64,000 nucleotides of DNA from Sminthopsis crassicaudata. Taxonomy: Eukaryota. This document shows positions 43,038-55,545 of the stretch, one piece after another. A program made the position numbers and the translations under genes. The stretch lies in NCBI RefSeq assembly GCF_048593235.1, contig NC_133621.1, forward strand, positions 153,289,341 to 153,353,340. The letters run 5' to 3'. The first letter of the stretch is position 1, and each line of letters opens with the position of its first letter. The notes below the pieces were generated by a model. The model did no database searches. It was not told where the DNA came from and was given only the letters and a program-made list of their open reading frames with translations.

Positions 43038-43362
43038 TGTTGTGATACAGGAGCTACCTGCCAGTGGCTCCTAGAGATCTAACTCAGACCTGTGGAATGG
43101 ATCTCTTCATGTGAGAGGATGATGATGATACAAAAGGAGACTGAGAGGCAGTTGCTGTTCTCTGATCTCTCTCCTGAGAGGATGTTGCATTGTCTGACCT
43201 CTCTCCTCTTCTCTTTTGCCTCCAATTTATTTCATTCCCAGTCCACAAGGAACATCTGCAAAAGTAAAGGCTGCTTTGCAACTCCTTCAAGTGTTATGAT
43301 TCATAGCTGTGGAGGCTCTCAGAGAATTGACCTGACCTTTCACCCAGGCATGGTCCTTAACA
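43038..43362 (-). mobile_element. ERV solo LTR (325 bp)
   Basis: TGTTG...TTAACA termini; perfect 6-bp TSD CTCCTG at 43032-43037 and 43363-43368; AATAAA on the minus strand at 43226-43231. Orientation is inferred. Confidence 0.85.
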
Positions 43363-43795
43363 CTCCTGTACCTGTTTTTTGTGTTTTGATAATACAATGA
43401 TATTTAGTAATTTTTTTATATTTTTCTTTTAAAGTGGATGTTTATTTAAAATAATACAGTGGCACATATTATACTTTTCTGAGATAATAAATGTTTTCAA
43501 CTCTGTAATCTCATCATTATCTGTTATATTAGGTTAAGCCATCAATACCTTTGAAGAGATGGGTTAGTGAGATTGCAGATCTGTTCAAGTTCTGATTCTA
43601 GTGTGAAGCACTGGAATCATATTTCTTCTCAGTTATGCATGAGGGCAAATTATTTTTATATTAATATCATTACCCAAATATGTTTGCAATTGCTACCTAC
43701 TTGTTTTCTAAATCACAGATATTTCTCCACCACCATCCAGTTTTCTCAGTAGCCAAAAGTATTTTCATTACGCACTATTATCACATTTCTCATAC

Positions 43796-44109
43796 NNNNN
43801 NNNNNNNNNNNNNNNNNNNNNNNNNNNNNNNNNNNNNNNNNNNNNNNNNNNNNNNNNNNNNNNNNNNNNNNNNNNNNNNNNNNNNNNNNNNNNNNNNNNN
43901 NNNNNNNNNNNNNNNNNNNNNNNNNNNNNNNNNNNNNNNNNNNNNNNNNNNNNNNNNNNNNNNNNNNNNNNNNNNNNNNNNNNNNNNNNNNNNNNNNNNN
44001 NNNNNNNNNNNNNNNNNNNNNNNNNNNNNNNNNNNNNNNNNNNNNNNNNNNNNNNNNNNNNNNNNNNNNNNNNNNNNNNNNNNNNNNNNNNNNNNNNNNN
44101 NNNNNNNNN
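43796..44109. other. Assembly gap (314 N)
   Basis: N run. Confidence 1.
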
Positions 44110-46380
44110 GTTTCTTTCTCTCAGATTCAATGGATCCCTGTGACAATTTGGATAAAATATAAAGTTCCTCTATGTGGCTTATAAAGCCCTTTACAACCTT
44201 GCCCTGACCCATATTTCTAGGTACTGTATATTTCTTTCCTTCTCATACTTTGCAGAAATTGTTTTTCCAGTTCCCAGGATTCTTTCTTCTGAACTACCTT
44301 GTATTTAGTTATTTTGTCTTTATATTTTCTTTGCATTTTGTTCATATTTGCTTATTTAGGTACTTGATTCACTGAAATGCAAACTCTTTGGGATTAGAGA
44401 ATATTTCATCCCTTACATTTAAATAAGTGAATGAATGAAGCATTTATTCAGTGCTTTTTATATTCAAAGACTAGTGATTCTAATATGAAAATAAGACAGT
44501 CTCTACACTTAAGAACACAAATGGAAAGTTTCAGCTGCAAATAAGATGGAAAAATCCCATGGTTCTTAGATCCTCATATCAACTGAGATATATGTAAAAG
44601 GAAGGAGCACAGTTTCTAGTACATTATAAGCACTAAATAAGTGTGTATTTCCTTTCCCTTTCCTTCCTTGGGTACAGTACCAAAGCCTCTTATCTAATGT
44701 TATTTGCACTGAAAAATGATAGTTTCTGATGGTAAGCCATATTTTAAACCATTTGATGATAAGAATTTTCTTTTCTAAGTCTTCAGTAATTATGGTTATA
44801 GTGCTCACAGGAACAACTGTCATAGTGCACCTTCATAGGTTTTGCTTCGTAGGATCATATTTGTATTCCTAGTACAGTGTCAAGCACATAATAAGAGCTT
44901 AATAAGTGCTTTTTGAGAGACTGATTCAAGAAACTCTAAATTCTATACCTATCATAAAACATGAGATGTTTAGGGCAAAGCTTTGTGTTGTCTTAAAGGA
45001 CACTTAAACATATTTCCATTCCTTGACAATCACCATATAAAATGAATTACTTGGGCTGAATAATTTTTAACGTCCCTTAGCCTCAGTTTTCTCATTTATA
45101 AAATGAGAGTTTTAGACTTGAGCTTTAGCTTTTGATGTCCCTTGCAGTTTCAGATCAATGATCCTATGAGCTAAGATAAGCCTAAAATGGAAATATTAAT
45201 TGTACTTCAATATGTAAAAGATATGTAATTTCATTGGTGTGACCATCTTTTGCAATAATAGTTGGGAATATAATACAGTGGGGAGAGAATTAGATTTTGA
45301 GATCCAGGCTTTATCTTTGAATCCTGGCTATGCTATTTCCTACCTCCCTCACCTTGGGCAGACATTGAACCTTTCTGAGCTATAGTTTCTCACCATATAT
45401 TGAGGATAATAGATGAACTTGATGATTCCTTCCAGCTCAAAATCTGTAATATGATCAAATTTCTTCCTTTAATTTTTTAATTTACACAAAACTATTTATA
45501 TACTTATTTTACTCTTTTTAACTGATAAATTTTCTCAACTGCAACTAATAAAACTGACAAACCTGATTTCCTACTCTAGTCAAAATCGCAAAACAATGAA
45601 ATTTCCTGAGCAGTTAATTTTTCAAAATGTCTTACCAGGATTTGGTAGCTTTAAAATGGTTTTATTGGTGAATTATATGAGGTCAATATACTTATAGTAC
45701 TCTCTCATATAGCAGAGCCTGTCGATACCATCTAACTCATAGTGCTGAACCCCCAGATCATGTTTCCCAGATACAAAACACTTTGAAGATCTATAACTTT
45801 AAAATTACAGTTCATAGTCCTCGATTAATTTTTTGGGGCTTATTGCCAAAATATAATCAGTATCAGTGGAGAAAAAGGATACATAGAGAGGTCAAAGACG
45901 GAAGTATGCATATGGGGAAATGTATAGAGGTGTGGCTAAGGTACCTATGAGGAGGAGGTATTTATGGCTCCAATATTATCTAGCTAAAAGATTGCTGAAT
46001 TCTGTAGGCTGACCTTGTTAACACTGCTTTGCCATAAGAAACAAGAGCCTTTATTATTGAAAAAGTTTGACACAAATTGAAAAAGGTACGATGGGAGTCT
46101 GGAAGGTCAGAGTTTTCCCAAAAGAAATAACTTTCCCAACTTACAAATGGGATATGAATTTTTATGCCTGAAATTTATGTATATTATGTATACTCCAGAG
46201 AGTATAGAGAATGGGGAGATTAAGTTTGCCAAATTCATAGAATTTCATTAGAGCTACAGAAATTGCATTGCACCATCTGCATTTTTATTTTATACAGCCT
46301 CTATTCTTTTCTTTTCTCAATATTTGGTTTAAGAAGATAAGGAAATAATCTTTGATATTTCTGTACTTTTAGAAGCAACA

Positions 46381-46432
<52 letters not shown>
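46381..46432. repeat. (CA)n microsatellite fused to a poly-A run
   Basis: Directly visible. Confidence 0.9.
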
Positions 46433-47404
46433 CTTCACTTAATGATATGATTTAAATCATCAACATTTGAGGTGGAATTGAATACTGGTTGTATAAAAAT
46501 ATAAAATATTTGTTTATACCTTAAAACTATGGAGTAGTTTAATAATTAAAAATCATTATTGAATAAGTATTATTGTAAGCCTCTAAGCTAGGCATTATGT
46601 GAAAGACCAAACAAAAGAAGGAAAGTAAGTGTAGCTGAGTAGCAAACATCATGGTTCAGTGGGTAGAATATGAAACCTAAAATTAGAAGATCTAAATTCA
46701 AATCTGAGTTCATTTGCTAGCTTACACGACTGCATGAGACATTCTCTCTGCCTCTATTTCTTTAACTGTAAACTATAGATAATAACAGCTTCCATCTCTA
46801 GGTTGATATGAAGATAAAATGAGTTAAACCCCCCTCCACTACAATCTGACATACAAAAATGCATGCAAAAAAAAATCACTTACTATCCTTCTCTTTTCTC
46901 ATTTCCTGGCTTTTAAGAAATCTGATCATGCATTTAGAATTGGAAGGAAATTTTGAGGCCATCTAGCCTGACCTCTCTTTTTAATTTTATTTGAACAGGT
47001 GATTAAAAATAGAATTCCAGAGAAATTAAATGAATTACCTCCATGGATGTAGACATAGGTTCTCTGTATCCAGAGCAAAGACCTTTCTATAATACTGCAT
47101 AGGAGAAATATTTTGAGCTTTCTGGTTTTACAATGTCCACGGTTTGATACCTCTGCCACTGAATTTTACAATCACACTACAATTTTTTCTTCATGTAGTA
47201 CTACTTTGATTTATTTTCTCATAGATGTTCTAGACAAAACAAACTAATAGCCTGTATATAAGAGTTACAATCATCATTTTCTGCAGGTCTTCCATTGATG
47301 TGTCTTCCTCTATTTCTTCTATAATATGATGTATTACAACCCTAAAAACATGACTTTGAATGAATAAATTATTTTGTCTGCTATAAATACCTAAATTAGC
47401 TATA

Positions 47405-47670
47405 AAGAACATGTGAAAAGAGACACTATCTGCATTCAGAGAACTAATAGATGTATGTATAGAATAATATACATTTACTTGTGTATATGCTTATATATAC
47501 ATACATATGTATACATATACATAAATAGGTGATGATTTTGTTGTATATTTAAAAAGAATAGCAAGTTGTACATAATAGAGTTGCAATTTCATGTACAACC
47601 ATCTTTTTATTATACTATGTTATAGAAATGCTTGTTTTATTACATAATTTAAAAATAAAATTAAAAAGAG
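47405..47670 (+). mobile_element. Old L1 3' UTR end
   Basis: agacactatctgcattcagagaactaat...gcaagttgtacataatagagttgcaatttcatgtaca...aaaataaaattaaaaa. Boundaries approximate. Confidence 0.55.
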
Positions 47671-48000
47671 AGAAATGTCCCACTGACATGAATAATATTT
47701 GAGATCATGGTTGTTCTTATAAAAATAGAATAAAGAAATTGATCATCTCTGCCATAAATTTGTATGCCAAGGATGAAATAGCATACTCTATCTGTAGAAT
47801 GTCCATTATTTTCTTTCTGCTGTTGGGGTGCAATGACCTCTTCCAGTCCTGGTCACCAGAGCTAACCGGGCCAATCCCTGCCAATTGAGGAGGGGTGATA
47901 TAAGTGGAGGTAACAGCTATGGGGTCAGTTCCTCTGATCCTCTTAAATAGTCCATTCTGACCACTTGAAATAAGGTCAAGGGAAGGACCACAGTGACTGA

Positions 48001-48088
48001 GAAAGTCCAGGGCTGCCTAGCTGTACTTTGAGAAAGTAGAAGTAGAAGACTACATTCTCAAAGTACAGCTAGGCAGCCCTGGACTTTC
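48001..48088. repeat. Perfect 34-bp inverted repeat with 20-nt spacer (88-nt hairpin)
   Basis: GAAAGTCCAGGGCTGCCTAGCTGTACTTTGAGAA (48001-48034) is the exact reverse complement of 48055-48088. Confidence 0.97.
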
Positions 48089-48274
48089 CAAGTACCTAGT
48101 AAGAGGGATCTGCTGAAAATGTTTGGCAAAAGGCCAGTTGTCTTCCTCAAAAAACAGATTTAGTGAAAATTAATATGCTTATAATTTTATAATAGTAAGA
48201 AAATTATCTTGTAATGATAAATTATATTAGGGAATTAAATATTTTTTTCTCCCTCCAAATATCTATTCTTAGGA

Positions 48275-48505
48275 TTCTCCTAATATGATTTTGGAAAGAA
48301 ATCCTGAATTCAAATATTGCCTTAGACTAGACACTTACTGGGCGTGTGACCCTCAACAAGCCATTTCAGCTCCATTTTCCTTAAAGCATTGGAGAAAGAG
48401 ATTAGCAAACCATACTAGTGACTTTGACAAGAAAATCCCATGGACAGCATTAGTACACTATGATCCATAGGATCACAAAGAGATGGACACAACAGAAAAA
48501 CAATT
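48275..48505 (+). mobile_element. CORE-SINE (Mar1-like)
   Basis: cctgaattcaaatattgccttagac head; tail ggatcacaaagagatggacacaacagaa. Confidence 0.7.
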
Positions 48506-48754
48506 CAGTATGGTTTACTAGCATTCTTTTTGCCACTATAATGGCAAGAAAAATTCTGATCACTTAAATTAATTACAAATATCCTGCCTCTATATTTTCT
48601 GTCAAACTCTCTTAAGGGAAAAAAATATTAATTAAAGGCTTGATCAGGAATACCTGTTCATAATATATCCTTTGTGACTGGGAGTAATTAATAATTATCA
48701 ATTGCTCTTTGTCATATGTTGACAACAGATATTTAGATATAGATATATAGTTCT

Positions 48755-48985
48755 TGTTGGTCAGTCATTTCAATTATATCATAGTCTGTGATTCCTTTCT
48801 TTTGGATAAAGATACCAGAGTGGCTTGCTACTTCCTTTTCCAGCTCATTTTAGGAATGATGAGGAAACTGAGGCAAACAAGATTGACTTGGCCAGGGTCA
48901 CACAACTGGTATCTTTGCTGATTTGAGTTCAAATATCCTTGAGTCCAGGCCCAGCACTCTATCCATTGTGTCACCTAGCAGTCAT
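48755..48985 (-). mobile_element. CORE-SINE (Mar1-like)
   Basis: gatgaggaaactgaggcaaaca...gacttggccagggtcacaca...ctctatccattgtgtcacctagc. Confidence 0.75.
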
Positions 48986-49027
48986 ATATAATTACATTTA
49001 ATTCCCCTACAAACTGATCCCAGAGCA

Positions 49028-49424
49028 TGTTTCTAATAAACTGTTTCCCCAAGGATGGGACCTGAATAATGATTCATCAACTTGAACACTGATACCTAAG
49101 TGGAACAAGCATCTGGGACACACAAATGTGGCAATTGATTATTGGCTCCAGGCTTAGTTTGTTTCAATTCTTTGGGGAGCTGGAGAAATCCTGGAGAGGG
49201 GAATTTGGTGGGAGGTCCTGTGACTAGTTTTTAAACCAAAAAGCAAAGGGGAAAAGTGGATGAGATTTGTGCTAGGAGCAGCTTGAGAACATAAGGTTCA
49301 CGTATTGATCATAGAGGCTGAGACTAATGTTCTTGGGCCTTATCCCTTCTAGAACAGAGGGAGCCTGGACCCTAACTTGAGATTCAAAGAATAGATCTGT
49401 GGATCATGGACAGAGGATTTGTCA
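49028..49424 (+). mobile_element. Probable degenerate LTR-like element
   Basis: cttgaacactgatacctaagtggaacaag resembles cttgaaacaaggtactaagtggaattgag of the 17275 LTR; higher GC than its flanks. No convincing TSD found. Confidence 0.35.
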
Positions 49425-49428
49425 GAGA

Positions 49429-49473
<45 letters not shown>

Positions 49474-50719
49474 TATATTATACATACATAATATAAAATG
49501 TTGGTAGCTTTGGTTTTCTTTGTACTCCTGTATAATTTATTTTATACATTTAAAAACACTATTATGCAAACCTACCATAAGAAAAAGATTGGTCAAAAAA
49601 CTGAGAAAAGACTTCCATTCCCATATCCCTAGGAAGATAAAGGAAAAAAAAGGATAACTGCCACTGAATTTGAGGAGAAAGTCTGAAGTCACAAAGATAA
49701 ATTAAGGGTCAGGAAAAGGCCTTGTACACACACACATACATACATATATGCATTGACTTCTGGTTTAACACTCAATCCAAAAGGCTTTTTTCTTCATTAC
49801 TCATAAAGCAAAGAGAGCCTGCCACAGACAGAATAACTAGCCATGCTCCTCTACTTTGTAGCTTCCTAGTACTTTTAGAAAAGACTTAGTAAACGCCAAG
49901 GTAAGCTGCCAGCAAGTAGAGTCTGTTACACACTTGTGTGACAGGGCCTTCACTGACCAGTTCCCCTATTTAATAATATGACAAATTATTCTATCTCTCT
50001 CCTTCTGTTTCTATATTTCTGTGTGAGTCTCTTTCTCCTCCCTCCCTCTCTCTGTCTCTGTGTCTTTCTCTGCATCTCTCTCTGTTTCCCTCTCTATTTT
50101 TACATATACATACATACATACACACACACACCTCAAACGGCTAAAGGAACAATGTATTTTTTGGCAATGAGCTATAGCCAAGAAGCACAAAAGTCAAGAA
50201 AACAGCTTCAAGTTTCCCAAAGGTTTGGAGCCCAGGAGACTTACTGAAAGTTGCAGAGAACAAGGTGCCAGTCACCTTTACAGTAATATTCATTCAGAGA
50301 TATGGATTGAGGAAGCATATTTTGAAAGGAGTAAAATATCTTGTTAAGGTGAATCTATGCAAGTCATCAGTATAGCGTGCAGCTCAGACAAGAGTAAAGT
50401 GAAAAAAAATCTTGCTGAAAATAAAGAAATATCCAGAAGGCACAGTTCTGTAAGGGATAATATGAGACTAAAAAAGGCTTAAAAGGCTTTTTTTCTATTT
50501 ACATTTATATGTAGGGTCAGTATGAACTAAATATTTTCTAAAGTTACATAAGTACTTTAGAATTTTTTAATCCTCTGAATATTTTCCAATATACTTAGTT
50601 ACAAAATTCAGCAATATGCTGTTAAAAAAATAAAATCCTAGACAGATATGTGATGTTTTCAGAAACCAAGATACAGAAAGGAGAATCAATTGCATCTTTT
50701 TTCTATGAGCAAAGTTCTA

Positions 50720-51165
50720 TAGATCTGACCAATTCACCTCCCCATCTAATTCCATATCATTACTCTGGCTTTTAAAACCTATTCCTCCCTATTAGAACTG
50801 ACCTTCTAGCTACTCCTTGCACAAAACACTTCAACTTCCAACTCAGCATTTGCATATGAGGTTTTCATGCCCAGAAGCTCTCCTTCCTCATCTCTGCCTG
50901 CTCAATTCTCTAGAATCTTTTAAATCTCAGCTAAAATTCCCCATTCTGTAAGAAGTCTTTCCCAGTCTCCTTTAATATTAGAGTCTTCTCTCTGTGATTG
51001 GCTTTGATTCAATCTATTTTTATCTTGTAAATACATGCTTTTCCCATCTATTTGGAAACTATTTTCCCAGCTCTTTGGAGCAAGGATTATTTTTGTCTTT
51101 GTATGCTCAGTGTTTAACACAGTGTCAGAAACATAGTAAGTACTTAATAAATGCTTAACTGAATA
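50720..51165 (+). mobile_element. L2 3' fragment
   Basis: Ends cagtgtttaacacagtgtcagaaacatagtaagtacttaataaatgcttaactgaataa. Confidence 0.6.
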
Positions 51166-52691
51166 ATAATTTACTATGAAGAACTTAGGCCCAAAGAAAA
51201 AGTATTAGTCTGAAAAAACAAGAGTGCTATTTTGACAATTTGGTTCATTAAATAAATTTTATGCTGTTATTACTATATGGGTACTATTTGGTTTTACTTC
51301 TTTTAGGTCCACCTATTATATTATATTCCTCAAGGCATTTTGCTATGGACTGGAAATACAAAGATCAGACCTGTGAGTAGAAATTCTTTCACCTGGGCCA
51401 AATTCAGTTGAGTGATAATGGTCAGAAAGGGAATTTATAAACTGAAGCCAAACCTGTCCAATAGAATGTTTCACAGTATAAATCCGAACCACATATTATT
51501 TAATATCCCAATTAAAAACACAAAATAACACTATTAGTGTTAATTGGCCAATAGATAGGATGTCCAATTAATGAGACGCCTATGTGCCAATCTCTGAAAA
51601 AACACACATAGAAAGAATTATGCCATGAAATAGGTTGTTTACCGACCTTACCTGCCTATGTCACCTATTTCATTGAATTTGTTCCATGTGCAATAATAGA
51701 AAAAGGTGGTGGGGAAGACATGACTGATGAAACCCTTAAGAGGCAAAGGGAGGAGGTACACCAGAGGTGACAGGTAGTCAAAGGACCGTAAGTCATAGAG
51801 ACTGATTGCCACAAAGAAAAATGAAGTCAGACACCTGAGATCAAACAGGCCCCATTCCTGTTATATAACTCTGAGAAAAAGATATCACACAAGCTCTGCT
51901 GAAATAATTTATAGTCTAGAACATGGCCATGAGCAATGGATGTTAGGGAGACAAGAGAGGAAGGGAACAAACACAAAACAACTAGGATTCAAGGCCAAGT
52001 GATAACAGGACAATGGAGAGGTCCAGGAAAAGGCAAAGATATATTACAACTCTATGAAGGAGAGATTTTTTTCCTAAAGAGAAATTGGCCACAGTTTCAT
52101 GAAAATGATGGTAACTGAGTTGGATATACTTAAATCTTTCTTTTCCCTATCTAGAACTTTGCTTCATATTTTACATTGAAAATATTGTTATTAATCATAA
52201 GCTACTTCTCCTTTGCTCATATCCCTCATAAGTCTTCTGCCACATCTCTACCTTAACCATAATCTCACATGAAGAGATGGCCATATCCCTTTCAACAGAA
52301 CTACTCTGTTATCCTACTCTATCAATTATTTTAAGTGTCTCCCTATTGCTCTTTCTTATGATATATGCTGACCATGTCATCACCCTAAGAAAGAAACTCT
52401 ATTAACTCCCTATCGCCTCCAGGATTAAATATGAAATTATCTGTTTGGTAATGTCAAGTGGACTAGAAATAATCTAACTTGTAGATGGTTGCAGTCAAAC
52501 AAAGCAAGCTAGAGATGGGGGATTCAGAAATTTAATTTCAAAGTGAGAAAAATGCTTGTGAATGGAAGTCCTCCTGAGAAGAGGGTCTTTTATGGCTTAT
52601 GGAAGGGGTAGGATTTTTATGCATGTAAACCATAAAAAGTGAAACATAAGAATCATTCTTAGGTCTTGAGTGAATAGTTTCTTGTGGTAAA

Positions 52692-53079
52692 TGTAGAGGG
52701 CTGAAACTCTGAAAAGGTATGCTTGAATTAGACAGCAAAACACTTAAGGCTAATTACCTATTTGATGTGATATACATATATTTAGATGAGATGGTGATGT
52801 AATGACTCTCTTCACCATAGGTGCTTGCTGAATGTTTGGTAGTGAGATAATCATAGGCAAGGATTGGAGGGTTGGGGGAAAGAAGTCAGAGTCACTTGGC
52901 TGTAAGACAAGGAGGAGAGAAGCTGGAGACTCTGAACTCCAGAATCTAGGATACATTTTTGGCAACCGCGTGACAGTTTGCCTGCCTCCTTCACTTTTCC
53001 ACCTAAAGACCAAGAACTTTGATTAATCCTGACTCTGACTGATCCTGAGGCCCTCCAGGGAGCTAGTCCAGACATTATA
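52692..53079 (+). mobile_element. ERV solo LTR (related to those at 236 and 40390)
   Basis: TGTAGAGGG...AGCTAGTCCAGACATTATA (terminal CA read as TA); perfect 5-bp TSD GTAAA at 52687-52691 and 53080-53084. Confidence 0.8.
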
Positions 53080-53429
53080 GTAAAATACAGGTTTTACTGG
53101 GTTCTGTGGCAGAAGTATCTAAGTTATTTGAATTATTGAACCTTTTGATTGTTCAGTAGGGTACAAAACCAGAATTAGTGTGATGGAATAGGAATAAAAC
53201 CTTTTGTTCAGTTCACTTAGCAGTTAAAAACACAGGATTAGTTTAGCTTGTCATGAGGTATGAATGATTGCTTTTTGCTTTTTGCTTCAGCATGTTGGCT
53301 GTAGCTCCATCTCTCAAGCTCAGTATTTCCTGGAAAAAAGGGCTACATGGTTAAAATTATAAAATCCTAATTCTGGGATTTTGCTGTGGCTGAGATCATT
53401 CAGAGGACTGTTGTTATGTATGCTTCCAG

Positions 53430-53910
53430 CTTACTGGGCCTTAGCGCTAGAAAACAGTGTCTCCTAAATAGCTTGACAGCATTCAAAGCCTTTTATAATT
53501 TACTCTGTAACCCCCTACTTTTACATTCTTCTTATACCTCATTCCTCACCACATAGTCTTCAGGCCACTGATGTATTCCTCGCTATTTGATTAACAAGAT
53601 ATTCAGTCTCTCAGTTCTGGGGCATTTCATGAATAGATGGCTCTCCTTCCTCATCTAGGTTTATACTATACTAGGTTTTTCAAGTTCTAACAAGATACTG
53701 TCTTTCCCATCTTCTCTTAATTTTAGTGCCTCCCCCTTTTAATTATTTTTTCTTGTAAATAGGTTTGCACATATTTGTTATCGCTTCTCCCCCAAAAATT
53801 AAAGCATGAACTCTTTGAGAGCAGGATTTTCTTTTCTCTTTTTCTATTCCCAGGAATCAGCACAGTGCCTGGCACATAATAGGTGTTTAATACATGTTTA
53901 ATGATTTATT
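53430..53910 (+). mobile_element. L2 3' fragment
   Basis: Ends cagcacagtgcctggcacataataggtgtttaatacatgtttaatgatt. Confidence 0.6.
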
Positions 53911-54894
53911 AAAGTAGAAGAAAGAATAAAACTTCAACAAAATAAAGGAAAAGTAACATTAGTAGATTGGCTCTGAATCCCACTTGTTCTTGTTCTAGAT
54001 CACAAAAATCCCAGAATTTTATAAAAGCAAATTCATTTCCAAAAAATAGATATAATTCTTTTGACTTTCTTTTGTCAATCCATTCCAGTTATAGATAATA
54101 CCTAGAACATTGTCATAATACTTACCAAGCAAGTCTAAGAAGAAAACAGAGGAGGAAGGATTCACAGTTTTCTTTAAACTATCAGAAGCTTTATTTTAGC
54201 CTTTTCTTAGTATCTAGATAGCTTTTAACTAGGACTACCTCACTTATTTCAGCCCTGTAGATTATGTACTTGTGTTCTTGGGTGGGGGTTCAGGATGGGA
54301 GGGGGAAGAAGAAAAAGCAGAGAGGTTTGTTATTCCATTTCAAGCTATGGTTCTGTTTAAAAACTAATTAACTCTGGCTAATTAATTGATATCAAGTAGC
54401 TCACTGGATGGGTGCATATGAACAAGAATAATAGAAACCATCTCCAAAGCCCATGGATTACCTTTGGAACCCTAAGAGGAAAAGTAGTTAGCCACTCTTT
54501 AGGAATTGAATCCACAAAGTGACTGGCAATTTGGAGGGGGTTCTATAGATACATTCTCAATGGTTCATTTCTTTTCTCCATTCTATATCATTTACTACTT
54601 TAAGAAAAAAAAAATTGACTTTTTTATCATCTCCTTCTCCCTACTGAGGCTTCATAGTATAAGAGGGATAGATGGAGAGTCCCAAAGCCATGAAGACCTG
54701 AATGCTACTGACACACACTAGCTGTATAACCATTGGCAATTCACTTAACCTCTTAATACCTCAGGTTAGTCTTTAAGACTAAACATTGCAAATATATATT
54801 CTTTTATATATCAGGAATAGTCTACACTAATAAAAACATAGATCCTGACCAAAAGTCATAACAGTCTCATTCTGCCTCTCCTTCTCCTTCTCTG

Positions 54895-54895
<1 letters not shown>

Positions 54896-54942
<47 letters not shown>
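54896..54942. repeat. (CA)n microsatellite
   Basis: Directly visible. Confidence 0.9.
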
Positions 54943-54945
<3 letters not shown>

Positions 54946-55324
54946 TCCTTTTCATCTTCAGAAGACACACCAGCATTGGGAGAGCAATCCTGATACTGAA
55001 TTTCCCACATCAAGAGATTTAGTGTCCAAGACTTTAAGCAATCTGCTGCAGAAACAGATGACAGAAATGGACACATGAAGGAGAACTTGGCTTTACAAGT
55101 TCAATGATTAGACCTTCTAGAGACAGATGATGATTTCCCATTATTTCAATGTACTCTTTTAAGAAAAGCATCATTCACACAGATCCTGAGCAATATCCAA
55201 TTTGCAAAGTCAAGCCAATAGTTTAGAAAGTACAGATCTCATGGAAAAAATATGTTCAGAAACCCTAAAAGTATATTTCCCTTCTGTGGCTAAGTATAAA
55301 CTATAAACTTGAAAGAGAAGGATA

Positions 55325-55545
55325 GTGGTGGTGGTGGTTGTTATACCTTATCTGACTCTTTATGACCCCAAGGACACAGTATGTGTGCGTTTTTTTTGGC
55401 AAAGATACTGTAGTCTTTTGCCACTTCCCTCTCCAATGCTCAAGTGGAACAGAGGTTAATGACTTGCTCAGGATCACTGAGAAGCTACATTTGAACTCAT
55501 GTCTCTATCTTCAAGCCTAGTGCTCTATCCACTAAGTTACCTAGT
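55325..55545 (-). mobile_element. CORE-SINE (Mar1-like)
   Basis: tttttggcaaagatactgtagt...gaggttaatgacttgctcaggatcac...tttgaactc...ctctatccactaag. Confidence 0.65.

Noticed and set aside
43680-44212. Long ORFs at 43680, 43768, 43790 (also 34744, 56459, 56463, 59953, 60016)
   Set aside because: They run through N gaps and are artefacts.
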